Below, in pieces: positions 12,735-27,500 of a stretch of DNA of 64,000 bases (its first letter is position 1; the number at the start of each line of letters is the position of its first letter). Below the pieces are notes generated by a model. It searched no databases, was not told the origin of the DNA, and saw nothing but the letters and a program-made list of their open reading frames with translations. The position numbers and the translations under genes are program-made. This DNA is from Octopus sinensis (taxonomy: Eukaryota): contig NC_043006.1 of the NCBI RefSeq assembly GCF_006345805.1, positions 95,604,001-95,668,000 on the forward strand, in the 5' to 3' direction.

Positions 12735-13015
12735 AGACTCCGGTACCGTTTTTCAACTAGTACAGCATATTATGCTCATAACAAACTACGCTGACGAAGC
12801 TACAGATATCCTTGTGAAATTAATAGCTGAAACCGTTCGGTACGTAGGTGATTATTCCATTTCGTATATTTCTTTTGTCTTATCCATTGCTTTAGGTCGT
12901 GCTGAATTTTATTTTTATTTTTATTTGAGAACAAAATCTTTGTGGAGAATGGCGATTTGACGTCTATATCTAGCATGTTGACTGTCCACTTTTTCGTGTC
13001 AGTCCCTTAATGGTA
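12735..13015 (+). mobile_element. Hammerhead-bearing element, family H3
   Basis: Sequence downstream of the ribozyme (ATTTCGTATATTT...GTGCTGA...TTTGAGAACA...GCGATTTGACGTCTATATCTAGCATGTTGAC...CCACTTTT) is homologous to 49974-50140 and 48355-48474. Bounded by (TA)n. Confidence 0.7.
12786..12847 (+). ncRNA. Type I hammerhead ribozyme motif (H3)
   Basis: CTACG-CTGACGA-AGCTA...TAGCT-GAAA-CCGTTCG-GTA-CGTAG. Stems I and II are perfect 5 bp, stem III is ACCG/CGGT, triplet GUA. Confidence 0.8.
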
Positions 13016-13212
13016 TATATATATATATATATATCTATATTATATTGTGTGTGTGTGTGTGTGTGTGTGTATGTATATGTAAGAGTACATATGTGTGTGA
13101 GTGGGTGTGCTTGAATGTGTGTGGAGAGACAGAGACAGAGAAAGCATGCATATATATAAATTTATGCACATAAATAAGAATATAAATATGTGTGCATATG
13201 TATGTATGCATA

Positions 13213-13243
<31 letters not shown>

Positions 13244-13471
13244 TTATATATGGATGAACAATTTCTACAGAGTAGCTAAATGTTGCTTAAGCGCCCCAGG
13301 AAACGATGGTCACACTTGTGTGGGATTTGATTCCGGAGAAAAGCGAGACGTATTCAGGAAGAAATGGGAAAAATTTTTAATGGAGACAAACGCTCAAGTT
13401 GTTATTAAATCATTTAGGATAGAAATGATTTAATAACATCTTGAAAGTTTGACTCCATTTCCAATTTTACC

Positions 13472-13503
<32 letters not shown>

Positions 13504-13515
13504 CATACATTATAC

Positions 13516-13558
<43 letters not shown>

Positions 13559-14095
13559 ATATTCATATAAATATATATAATACGCCACATATACACGCAA
13601 ATACACAAATATATATATGATATATATATATATATAATATATATATATCATATAACTTAATATTAATGTTTCAACCACATAGCGACAATAAGTGAATTTA
13701 TCAAAGTGCCGCATACCCACACCGATACATGCACACACACACACACACTCACAGACACACACACGTACACTCACACACACAAACACACAAGCACATAAAT
13801 GTGCTCAACCACAAACCTAGTTGGCCCCACAAATATTCTAAAACACATTCGCACATGCAAATATACACAGCTCCGTCTATAGGCAATGTACATCCATGCA
13901 CATGTGATAAATTACTTAAATATTTTATTTGCAACATAATTGAAAATACATACATCACCGACGAAATACCAATCGCCATGGACAGCCATTAACAGTCGAA
14001 CGGATAGAGACGTATACACTCGTACACAGACACCACCCAATACACCTTAAGCATGAAGTGATACAAACTTTTATAGAATTTTATAGAATATACTT

Positions 14096-14142
<47 letters not shown>

Positions 14143-14490
14143 TCTTTATATTTATATGCATAAATGTATGTATATATATGTATGGTACATATACGTGCGT
14201 ATATAGATATGCACATTTATATATGCATTTATATATATATATATATATTATATATATATGCATTTATATATATATATATGCATACACACTTGCCTATACA
14301 CAGGCATGCATGCCGATAAATATATATATATATATAAATGTGTGTGTGCGTATATGTGTTTATACAGATAGATATGTTTCAAAATGATGGAAAAATATAT
14401 ATAAACACATACATATACATGCATACATAAAAACATACATACATAGATATATATACATGTTTTATTTATATCTATATCTATATATCTATC

Positions 14491-14531
<41 letters not shown>

Positions 14532-14588
14532 TAATATTAACCTCTCTAAGTATCATCAACGCATAGAGCAGACACCTCACACACACAT

Positions 14589-14619
<31 letters not shown>

Positions 14620-14937
14620 AGAAGGAAAGAGAGAGACAAGTAGATGAAACAAAGTAGATCCTGATCCCTCGATATAAAAAGAAAGTCATTAAAATTCGAA
14701 ATGCTTTTTAAACAGACCATTGCCTGAATAAGCAACGTTTCTTGTCACTTTTCAATTATTTTGGTTATGGGATTTTCAATTGTTTTTCTCCAAAATTGAA
14801 AAATATCTTTGTTTTTCTTTATTTTTCTTCCCCCAAATTTTTTTTATCATTAACTCATATTTCGTTCAACGCATTTTCTGTTCTCTAAACATTTACGTGT
14901 AAATATATTTTCCCCCATTGAATACCCTGCTCTGTTA

Positions 14938-15253
14938 GTGGAGGTGCAATGGCCCAATGGTTAGGGTAGCGGACTCGCGGTGATAGGACGCTCCGGCAGG
15001 GGATGGTGGTGATCCCTGCTGTACTCTTTCACCACAACTTTCTCTCACTCTTACTTCCTGTTTCTGTTATACCTGTATTTCAATGGGCCGGCCTTGTCAC
15101 TCTCTGTGTCACGCTGAATATCCCCGAGAACTACGTTAAGAGTGCACGTGTCTGTGGAGTGCTCAGCCACTTACACGTTAATTTCACGAGCAGGCTGTTC
15201 CGTTGATTCGGATCAACCGGAACCCTCATTGTCGTAACCGACGGAGTGCTGCC
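14938..15253 (+). mobile_element. SINE (family C head, different tail) with 14-bp target-site duplication
   Basis: A-box TGGCCCAATGG. Flanked by the identical ACCCTGCTCTGTTA at 14924-14937 and 15254-15267. Confidence 0.85.
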
Positions 15254-16108
15254 ACCCTGCTCTGTTAAGTTATAAGTTTTTCAATGTTTTCATTTATCTC
15301 CCTTTTACCTGAGCTATCTATGATTAGGTTCGAGTCAACAGAAACTACCCTTGGTGGAACTGCCTTTTTCTGCATAATTTATCTTTATTTGTTCTTTCTT
15401 TTCCACTCGCTTTACACATTAGGCTGTGGCCATGCTGGAGTCTCACCTTAAACCTAATATATATTTTAAAATCTAGCACTAATTTTTTCGGCCAGTTACA
15501 GGGAATCGAATACACACTGGACGTCGAACAGCGGTGGGAGACGAGCCCAAAGAAACGCACACACAAACATTTCTTTATCTCTGTACACAACGTGATTCCA
15601 CACAGTTTCCTTCTACCAAATCCATTTACCGGGCAATAATGAAAGATACTCGCCCAATATGTCACGCACTGGTAATGAACTCAGAACCATGTGTCTGGGA
15701 AGCAAACGTCGTACCATTCCGCTACACCTACGCCAACCCGCAACAACTCCAATGTCTTCAGTTTCTTTTTATTGTGCGAAAAAATATCCTTCAAATAGAA
15801 ATGATTACAAGGAGAAACTCGCAAATCTGCGTGTGTGTGTGTGTGTGTGTGGTGTGTGTGTGCGTGTGTGTGTGTGTGTGTGTGTTGTGAGTATGTGTGT
15901 GTATGTGCGTGTTTGTGTGTGCGTGCACGTGTTTGTATATATTTGTGCTTGTATATTTATGTGCGTGAGTAAAATATATGCACATATATTAATATACTAA
16001 CATATAACAGTGTAGATATACATAAGTGTCTGTGTGATTGTCTGTGTGTGTGTCCGTGTGTGCTTATGCACATATACACACACACATACATATATATACA
16101 CACACACG

Positions 16109-16145
<37 letters not shown>

Positions 16146-16153
<8 letters not shown>

Positions 16154-16447
16154 ATCACGTGACCGACCAGACCATCAGATGTTGCTACACATCGCTGGTC
16201 ACAATGCGTTTGTATTGTTTTAGCCTTCGAATGACGCCACCTCGCTGGCTAAGCGAGCAGGCCAACAGAAGAAAGAGTGAGAGAAAGAGTGGTGAAAGAG
16301 TACAGCAGGATCACCACCCCCTGCCGGAGCCTCGTGGAGCTTTTAGGGGTTTTCGCTCAATAAACACACACAACGCCCGGTCTGGGAATCGAAACCGCGA
16401 TCCTGCGACCGCGAGTCCGCTACCCTAACCACTGGGCCATTGCGCCT

Positions 16448-16451
<4 letters not shown>
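16146..16451 (-). mobile_element. tRNA-derived SINE, family C
   Basis: Minus strand GTGGAGGCGCAATGGCCCAGTGG...GGTTTCGATTCCC (A and B boxes), ending GTCACGTGATCACGTGAT. Matches 32827-33140. Confidence 0.85.
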
Positions 16452-16504
<53 letters not shown>

Positions 16505-16655
16505 CACAAATTGAGATAGGGGTTGTAAATGCAACCCTCCATGGGATAACATATATATATTTCTCCATTTTCTTATCTTGTGTATATATATATATATATA
16601 TATATATCCTTAAATCCTTAAAAATGTTTTAGCCGATATGCTGGGGCACCATAAA

Positions 16656-16974
16656 ACTCTTTTACTTGTTTCAATCATTTGACTGCGGCCATCATAGAGC
16701 AGCGCCTTCAGTCGAGCAAATCGACTACAGGACTTATTCTTTGTAAGCCTAGTAGTTATTCTATCGGTCACTTTTGTTGGACCGCTAAGTTACGGGTATG
16801 CAAACTTACTTGCATTGGTTGTCAAGCGATGCTGGGGTGGGGGGCAAACACAGACACACAAACATACACACACACATATATATGCATACATATATACGAC
16901 GGGCTTCTTTCAGTTTCCGTCTACCAAATCCACTCACAAGTCTTTGGTCGGCCCGAGGCTATAGTAGACGACAC
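16656..16974 (-). mobile_element. SINE family A, 5'-truncated
   Basis: Tail and body match the 2411-2814 copy. Confidence 0.75.
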
Positions 16975-18211
16975 ACATATATATATATACACATACATAC
17001 ATACATACATACATACATACATACATACATACATACATACATACATGCATGCATACATGCATGCATACATACATACATACATACATACATACATACATAC
17101 ATACATACATACATACATTTCTGCGGACATACAAACACAATTACTCACACACATAAAATATAAAATAGAGAGCAGAGAAATAAGAGTAAGGAGAGCAAGA
17201 AAGAGTGACATATATACATCTGTGTGTGTATGTGTATGTGTGCGTGTGTATTATAAAAGAAAAGATTTTTAATGAGTTTCTTGCATGCAAACTGTCTGTG
17301 TATAATGCAGTAGCACTTTACCTCCAGCACTTATGTCAAACACGTATGTCCAGTTCCTACGCAGCTTTACTTTACGCTGATACAACGAGTGGAGTCAGTA
17401 CAGTTTTGTTGGCCTCTACTTACAGCTCAGACTAATCTTTTCTTTGCTCTGTCTAATGTTGTTCTTTATCATTGGCTCAAATCTGATGGAGACTGCAATT
17501 AGCGAAGCCATGTCCATCACATTGTTAATGCACTCAAACATAGTCTAAGTGCATCTAGGACTAAGTCTCTAACCTGTCCTTTCGCTTTATAGACGGTTGG
17601 TTGTTGTAATATGTGGGGAGGAGAATTTCGTACGTTTGGAAAATCCGGGAATATCAAGTATGAGATTAGTTGATGTAAGTTTAATTATTGTGGGTATGCA
17701 TGTTTTTCTGCATGTATGTACGTAAATATATATAGAAACATGCATATAATTACCTACATACACATACATATCAACAAATACTTGCTTACACCCACAAACA
17801 CACATACACACAAACAATTATATATTTTTGTTTCAGTCATGACACTGCGTAGACATACTCGGGCACAGCCTTGAAGAATTTCAATCAAACGAATCGCATT
17901 CTGTGCGTTTTTGTCACGCTCGGTAATTATTCTGTCGATCTGTTTTGATGAGAGATATTCACAGATATATACCTGTCCCCATAAACACACACGCACACGT
18001 GCGCGCATCGAACGCGCATATACACTCACACACACACACATATACGATGGCCTTCTTTCAGGTTCGTCAACCAAATCCATTCACAAATGGTCCACTCGAG
18101 GACATAGTACAAGTTACTGTCTCAATGTTTCCCCATTTCAAAGAGTCAAGACTGAACCCGGAACAATGTAGTTGTGAAGAAAACGTGTTACGATGCAGCC
18201 ATGCCTACACC

Positions 18212-18266
<55 letters not shown>

Positions 18267-18267
18267 C

Positions 18268-18420
18268 TTCCACCGTCCTCCCTTCTATTCGACTTCCTCT
18301 GTTTTCGAAGAAGAACCTATGCTCGAAACGTTAAACCATATTTCTTTCCTTTCTTTTCCTGACCGCCTGCTAATACTTTGCATTTGTGTTGTATCTTTAG
18401 TATGTTCTTTTTTGGGTGAT
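18268..18420 (+). mobile_element. Decayed H2-like element
   Basis: GTTT-TCGAAGA-AGAACCTATGCTC-GAAA-CG-TT-AAAC, with upstream CTTCCACCGTCCTCCCTTC similar to H2. Confidence 0.45.
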
Positions 18421-18449
18421 TTACTATATGTACGTATGTATATATGTAC

Positions 18450-18559
<110 letters not shown>

Positions 18560-19931
18560 ATGTACATATATATATATGAACTTTAACTTTCTACGATGGA
18601 TTCATAGATTTGTTACAAATTTTAGTAAAAGGCCAATAATTTTTAAGGGAGAGGTAACGCGATTACGTCTACCCCAGTGTTTAACTGGCTCTTATTTAAT
18701 CCACCCCGAAAGAATGAAAGATTATGTCAACCACGGGGAAATTTCCACTCAGAACGTATAGAGTGGTCTGTTTCTCACTTTTACCACTCTTCCTCTTTCC
18801 CTCCCTCTTTTTCCCTTTCTGCCTCTTTCTCCTCTCTCAACTTCTCTCTCAACTTCTCTCTCACCCCTTCTCTCTTACTCCATGACTGATCTGCGTTGCT
18901 TCGTGATTGTGGGACAATGCTCACGAAATACTTTTGCTTGAAATAGCGAAAGATTGGGCGAGACGCAAACAAGTATTGGTCACGAACAAAACTCCAAGTA
19001 AAAAGACAAAGCATTATAAATATCGCTCGATGGATGGAAAACCGTGAAACAGAAAATTCAAAGCAGAATAAAGCAAAATCTTCGGGGTTTAAAGATTTCC
19101 AGTGTTGTCCATCGATACGTAACGTTACATAACTGACTCTCAAATTGATTTATTGACCTTGGTTGAGATACTATCAATTGTTTGACAATAACCACGTAAT
19201 CTGATGGTTACCCAATCGAATATTACCGGAATTAGTTCATTAATATTATTAAAACTCACATAAATTACTATAACGTATATACAAAATGATAAAGTTCACA
19301 TTCCGTTCAAATCTATAATTGAATTCACAATTTTATAGATATTTTAAAATTGTTGATTTTTCACCTGAATAATATTTTGAAATTTTGCGATTTTATACTG
19401 AATTAAGATTTGAATATATTTAATATAGATCGGTAGATTCATCCAGACATGGTAATCACTTGAATAAATCTTGATGTGGATTTTTATATTTTGTGTCATG
19501 CAGTAAGAGACGATCATAGCTTTTTACCAAAGGAGACTGGTGCATTTAGCACCAGCAAAAATAAAAGGGGACTTACAATTATACTCTGTAATCTTATTCC
19601 TCATATCAAGATAAACAGTACATGACATTGCAGGTGAGGCCCAGTTAGAATTTTCGTGAGGTCAAGTAGCCCATCCCTATCAAAAGTTCCCTGAATAAGG
19701 AATGTTTAAGAATGTTGAACGAAACACTCATGTTTCGGTGAATTATCCAAATCCCAAAGAATTCCTTTTAACACATGGTTATGATACTCTCCCACTACAT
19801 ATGCTCGTGACCAGAGATGCACATATCGTCAGCCACTAAGGGACATGCTCAACTGGTTAAGGTCAAACAACTGACAAACAAATTTGTGGTATTGATCAGA
19901 ATATTTGCTGTAGCCCATCTTTTATGCCAAT

Positions 19932-20290
<359 letters not shown>

Positions 20291-21265
20291 TTTATTATAT
20301 TTATAGTTGTTATAAGTAGTTTTACAGGAACTACCGTAACAAGATCTATTACAACCTGTCCTTCTAAGGCCGAGGTTGCACCTTTTTGAAGCAGGGATGA
20401 TGGATCCAAAGTTTAGCACGCTGGAAGTGGAATCAGAAAGCTTTATACCAAATTTGGAATGATATTTCAATATTCGTTTTGCTCTTTCTTTCCACCTTTC
20501 TTAATCACTACCCCTACCTATTCTATACCACCATACCATTTCTTTCCCTTCTCTTCTTCATTGTGTTGCCATTTACTTCCTTGAACCGCCTCCATTTCTC
20601 AGATTCATTCCCACATACTTTATTGATCTTTGATTAGCCAAGATAACATATATTGACCGCCCGTCTCCCCTTATTCTTTAATATCCTCCACAATAACCGC
20701 TGCTTTATTCATCCTCTCATCGTCTCACCTTATGGCTGCTAATATTTACCGTGAATTCAGGACGGTGCCCCAGAAGAACAGTTAGCACACAGGCCAAAAT
20801 GCTTACGTGTATTTCAAACGTCTTCACGTTTTGAGTTCAAATTCCACCGCGATCGACTTTACCTTTTATACTTTCGGAGTTGATAATATAAGTACCAGTT
20901 GAATACTGTAGTCGATGTCATCGATTTAACCTTTCCTACGATAATGCTCGCCTTGTGCCAAAATTCGAGAATTTTGTGTTGGACGCATGAATGTTCTTGT
21001 GTGTCGACATTGGTCAGTGTTGAATACACGTTCCCTCATACGCCTCGGAATAATAACACCTCGTAACATACAAATATTGCATTACAATATCAACCATCCC
21101 TTAAATATCAAATATATATATTAAATAAGTTAAGTGCCGTAGACGGAAATATCGGCCCTTGTATTGCTTTCGTAACATTTTGGCGATTTCATAAATACAT
21201 ATGTGTGTATTATGAACGCAAGTATTTATCTCTCTAAGTATATACATGCATATACACACACATAT

Positions 21266-21309
<44 letters not shown>

Positions 21310-21310
<1 letters not shown>

Positions 21311-21516
21311 TTTCTTTATTACCCACAAGGGGCTAAACATAGAGGGGACAAACAAGGACAGACAAACGGATTAAGTCGATTACCTCGACCCCAGTGCGTA
21401 ACTGGTACTTAATTTATCGACATCGAAAGGATGAAAGGCAAAGTCGACCTCGGCGGAATTTGAACTCAGAACGTATCGGCAGACGAAATACGGCTACGCA
21501 TTTCGCCCCGCGTGCT
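21310..21516 (-). mobile_element. SINE family B with complete tail
   Basis: Tail TTTGTCCCCTCTATGTTTAGCCCCTTGTGGGTAATAAAGAAAC abutting (TA)n. Confidence 0.85.
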
Positions 21517-22361
21517 ATATATATATACAGAGAGAGAGAGAGATATTGTATTGTAATTTTATACATGCCATTCAAAGTTTTTTCTTTTTGTTTCCTTTTT
21601 GTTGTTTGACTTCCACTGCAATTTTCCTCAAACCTAATTAAGGTAAATTAGTATTGAATATATGACAGGAAAACAATGAAACTTACGTAGCAGTTTGTTT
21701 CTTGCGTTTGTAAGTATGGCTGTTCGTACGTTTGCATATTTTGCAATACAATGCAATCATTGATACAACAGGAATAGACAGACAGTCAGTGTGTTAGAGA
21801 GAGAGAGAGAGAGAGAGAAGAACACAGGCCAAGTGGAAAGAAAGAGAGTGTGATAAAGCCAGAATATGGCATAGTGGATTGTGAGAGTGAAAAGTTGAGA
21901 GATGATTGTCATGAAGAGAAAAGAAAAATATGAACGGGAAGAAAAAACATAATTTAGCATTTTACTTTTCATTATCGAGGAATTTAAGTGAGGGAGTAAG
22001 ATTTCATTTACTTTCTGGAGAATTTGAATTTAAATATGGCATTACATATATCGTTAATATATTCACAGACACACACACATATACACACACTCACACACGC
22101 ATATTATATATTTGATATGATATATATATATGTATATGTATGCATGTGTATGTATGTGTGTGTGTATGTATACGTGTATATGTATGTATACATAACATAT
22201 TCTATATTGATTATCATTAAATGATTGAATTAATTACTTTGGACAGACAATAATTTCAGTAGATAATTTCAGGTTATTGAATGCACAAATATGTGTGTTT
22301 AATACATGTGTGTGTATGATATGCATATATAACCTACACACACATACACATATATATGTGC

Positions 22362-22477
<116 letters not shown>

Positions 22478-22503
22478 TATGTATACACACTCACATACAC
22501 ACG

Positions 22504-22535
<32 letters not shown>

Positions 22536-24940
22536 CACGCACACACATATATATGTATATGTTTACATATATGTTTGTGAATGGCAAACATAGATCTTGG
22601 AAGACATTCTATTTTTTAAACTGTTGGTAATATTTAAGAACTATTCAACCTTAATTACACTCTTTATAAAACGTTTCTGATACACATTTATGTATATGCC
22701 ACATACTTTGTATCTATGATTTGAAAATTGTACGATGCAAAATCTCATGTTCTAAAAGTGAGGATGATTCTCCACAAATAGGCGTTCACATGCAATATCA
22801 GTGATTCACTGCGGTGAAACTGTAACAGCTATTGAAGTACTTTTAGTAACTCTGAAGGAGAGAAAAGATGCCGCCAGAAAAAGTGCCAGAGGCTGCTTAG
22901 AAAACAAGCCTTTACTTCTAGTTCATCAGGTAGAACCGTGTTTGACGACGTTCCAACCGTGATCGTCTCACATGTTAGGAGTAAATAATATTGTATTAGG
23001 CAGTCAGTAGGTAGAGTCATTATTTTTCGTTTTTGAGCGTTAGCACACTTTTCGCCGGTTGCCCGATTTCAAATGCGCATAAATGATACCGAGAGAATAA
23101 CATGTCCGTGCAGGGTTCAACGCCAGGGATATTTGAGTGGAGCGTACAAATAGATTGAAAGGTAACTACCTGACTGGTAGTTTATGTTATGAAGCTCGAA
23201 ATTATGACATTAGTAGTACTTGAGCTCAAAGTACTTAATATTTAAACAAAAAGGACCTGAAAAAATACCGCTAAGCATTTTGTCCGACTTGCTAGGCTGG
23301 TGGCAGCTTGCTGCCTGCATACAAAGGATGTATTAGACTGCATTCTCAGGTTCATTTACTCCGCTTTCAAATCAAACTAGGGCTTTGGACCGTTCACCTT
23401 TTCAGGGCAGAACGAAAATATCAACCCATTCTAGAGCTGTACTATCTCCCACCTGTTGCTGCCTCCCGGATTAAATATTCTGTTGGGTTGGTGGCAGGAA
23501 AAGCAATGCAAATGTCTTTGCGTGCACATGAAAGTATTAGCATAACCATGTTACATACGTCAACCCCATATAATTTGACCGAAACTTGACGGCTGTTCCA
23601 AACAACATATGAATTGAGAACACATAGGATCTCTTAGTACTTTGTCTATACGCCAGTAAGTTGTGTCAGCTTTCTTAGCGGATTCACGTAGAGATGGCTA
23701 TGTCAGTGCAAAACATGTTTTATGCCTCCGAAATTATCTTTAGTATGCACTGTGTAAGATGCTTGCGCGGCATTATGGGCGAGTGTCTTATAGTATAGCC
23801 CCACGCCGATCAATGCCTTGCGAGTGAATATGGTAGACAGCGTGTTTGTCTTTGGAGTTGTCTTTTTTCCTACACAGTGCTTCACAACAAACGTTCGTTT
23901 ATTTACGTCCTCGAATAATAGCTGGTCGACAGAATGAGTACCAGACTTTAACAATATCTACAGGGTTCCATGTGTTTGACTAAACCCTTCAAGCTGTTGC
24001 CTCACCATGACAGCAGGCAAATGACTGAAGCAAGCAAATGAAGAAAGAAGATAATGGCACAAAATACGTCCTTGCTGTGCAACTCTTGTCTGTTCTGATA
24101 AAGAATATTTATGATGAAAGACTTTCCGACCGAGACATTTATTCTTGCTTCAGGCACGAGGTATGGAATTTTGTGAGGAAAGGCTATTGAATAACATCGA
24201 TTCCAGTGATTGGCTGCTGCTTATTTTATTAACCCCTGACCCCAAAATGATGAAAAGTGATGTCACCTCCAGCAGAATTTGAACTCAGAACATAAAGTTG
24301 AAGGAATGCTACTATTCTGTCTAACATGCTGACAATTCCGCGAGCTCGCTTCTCTTCCAATAATATCTAGATTATTGTAAACCTGCAAGAAAATTATCCA
24401 GGGAGACTTCCATCCCTGGGAATCAATACGTTGTATGTGGAAAGGGTTTTGTTGTTATTTCTAACAAGTGACGGTTCCGTATAGAAATCTTTTCTTTGGT
24501 TTCGTATTTAAATCACAATGTTTAAAATAAATGATAATATACTACACGACACTTTTCGTTAAATTAACTTTAATTACTGTAATAATAGATTTCATAATGA
24601 AATACAATGTTTCTGTTATAATTGAAGAAGCAAGGAAAACTTTATTGTCTGGTGTTTATGGTAAATGCGTGTGTGTCTTAATTATTGGTTATATAAATGA
24701 TTGTTTTTTTTAAATAATAAGCAAAACAATAGTTAAATTATTCACAAAGAAGTAGGCAAACAGTTACATAAACACAAACACACACATGCATTTATATACC
24801 TTCATACATACATACTTATCTATCTACCTTTCTATCTATCTATCTATCTACCTTTCTATCTATCTATCTTTCTATCTATCTACCAAGGTAACAAGCTATC
24901 ACTCTTTCTCACTCTTCCTCTATCTCTTCCCATATGTGTA

Positions 24941-24997
<57 letters not shown>

Positions 24998-26129
24998 ATA
25001 CATATATATCTTCATCTTCTTCTTCATTTTCTTCTTTCTCTCCTTCTTCGTCTTTTTTCTTTTCTTTCTCTTCTTCTTCTCATTCTGCAGTGACTACGAC
25101 CAAACAACTACAACCTCTACTGCAACCATCATTACAACTACTCCTACCACTACAAGCATATAAACCATCCTCGCCACCACCGCTACCGTCGCGACAATAT
25201 TTATGAAAACCATGGCCAATATCTCCGCTACTTTCACCACCACAACTACAATGACAAGGGCGTTGGCTTTTACTATTATTACTACTCCTACTCTTACTTC
25301 TACTCTCACTACTGCACACCACTTTCCATTCTGCCATTTTTCCAGTTTGGAAAGTGGGGAGACAGACCATGTGTCTCTTGTTCGTTTGAAATGAAATATC
25401 ATTTTCTTTTGTTTCTTGCTGAAAGGAGAGTTTCTCAGTAACGAGAAACGCGTCAAGTAGGAGCATACAAAACTTTACAAACAACACAACGCATTACAGA
25501 AATGATTGGAGGAGCTCTTTCCTCAACAACACAACCTTACTTTATTTTAAAGCGTATAATTTGAATACTCCATTGTTTGGCTCAGCTCATTTTCTTTTAA
25601 ATAATTTTTGACTCCTGCTGCACTAGTAGTAAGGCATACTCAATCCAACACATAGGATAAGGCCACTATCAGTGAATTATTTTTATTCAAATCCAAGCAG
25701 CAATCTTAGTGGTATTCGTTTTTTTGCTTTACGCACAGGACGCTGGCCTTACTGGCGTTTCTACAGCTAGACAGCCTTCTTGGCACCAAGACCGAAATAT
25801 ATTTTAATGGCTGCGTTTCATTCTGGTTTTCATACTATACACATTGCTATATCCTCAAAGAGGGAAAAGGGACCTAACAGCCCCACGATTTCTCTGTTGG
25901 CTGAAGGTAGCATGGCCAAGATGGAATGTCAGAAAGACAGAGTGAGCCAAGAGAGTGGATGAGAGGGAGGAGCCTGTGAGGCAGCGTGTTTGTCGTGCAA
26001 GGAGAGTATAATGGCAAATGTGACAGTAATGTGAGGAGTAACAGAAAACAGACTATTGTCGTAGGAAAAGTTAGTGATGGATGCCAATAGATATGAATAG
26101 TGGTGTGGTGAGAACATGTGATACGTCCT

Positions 26130-26460
26130 ATTTTAAACTGTGTATTACAATAGCGTCAAACGGCATTCCCATACAACAAGTCAGACTCTTTATGATAAAC
26201 TTCCAAGTTATCTCCACCATAATGTAAAGAAGTCTCAGATTTTGAGGAATTTGCTTTAGTAGCAAGGGTGAATTATTAGCCAAATGCTGAAGTGGAAACC
26301 AAAACACGGAAGGCAAAGGTGAGAGTGTCCAGACAGGACAGTTTTCTACCAACTGGTTGAAGAATGTGGTCTGCAGAAAAATGAGCTGCCAAGAGCAATG
26401 CAGGAGAGGGAATTCTGGAGACAAGTGCTTGATGGCGTTCGTTTACCATTTCAATTCTTT
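26130..26460 (+). pseudogene. RTE-clade LINE, degraded ORF C-terminus
   Basis: Plus-strand translation gives LKWKPKHGRQR*ECPDRTVFYQLVEECGLQKNELPRAMQEREFWRQV, resembling the W.P.HG.R..GRP...DQL......L..AM..R..W end of RTE ORFs (recognition from memory). Confidence 0.5.
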
Positions 26461-27239
26461 CATGTTGCGTAGATAGATATTCTAATGGCAGATTCGATGT
26501 TACATTATATATAACACCTTCCTTCTTCAACAATGTTTTCGTGTAGACACTATATACACAAACAAATATATTCGTTTGAAAATACTTCTACAGGAATTTC
26601 ATTTTAAATACACGAACCAGATCAATGTTTGTATAGATACGCTTGTATCAGATTGAATACATTCAATGCACAATATATTAACTAGTGATTTAAATTTATC
26701 GATTAGGAAAGGAAGCGGGATCGAAATGCAAGCTCAACCAAGCGTACTGAGTTACTAACTGACAAGTACTCCAAAGAATATCGATTATTGATTTTTAACA
26801 GAGAAAGGTCTGAATTTGAGGGTGTGTTATCGTTGATTACGGCAATTCCTGTAGCCAAACTCAAATATATTTTATCGGCCGAAGAAGGACAACAGGAAAA
26901 TTGAAACCACTGGAGATTTGAAATGACAATGTAAATAGCCGAAAAGAAAGATGGCTTTGCTTGGTGTTCTACCGATTCTGGTCATGTATCACTTTTCAGA
27001 AACATAGTTAGTATTAATAGTAAAAAAGTATTTTATCCGAAACAAGGCAACACGATTTTATAAGATTTTAGAGGATAACCAGGGATGCGTATTTTCACTG
27101 TGAAACCAACTGCGACGCCTGAACACAATAAGCAAGACGGAAAACCAAAGACCAACGTCAATATGAGAGAAAGAGGAGAATAATAATAACTGCAAGAGGA
27201 AAACAAACGATGACAACTGCTACGAGCGACAGTAGGAAT

Positions 27240-27500
27240 AATAATAATGAGGATGATGATGAAGATGATGATGATGATGAGGAGGGGGAGGAGGAGGAGA
27301 ATGACGACAATGATAATGATGATGACTACAATGATGATGGTGATGATAATAATGATGATGACAATGATGCTGATGATGATAATGATGATGATGATGATGA
27401 TCATGAGGATGATGACGACAATGATGATGATGATTATGATGATAATAATGATGATGACAATGATGCTGATGATGATAATGATGATGATGATGATGATTAT
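27240..27500. repeat. Degenerate (GAT)n repeat with internal higher-order duplication
   Basis: GATGATAATAATGATGATGACAATGATGCTGATGATGATAATGATGATG occurs twice. Confidence 0.9.

Noticed and set aside
22845-23000. Possible host exon (AG...GT with open frames) and a TCATCAG hit at 22923
   Set aside because: No recognisable protein. The CTGATGA has no GAAA or pairing stems downstream.
25415-25457. GAAACGCGTC motif typical of PLE hammerheads
   Set aside because: The upstream core reads CTGAAAGGA and the stem I register is off by one.
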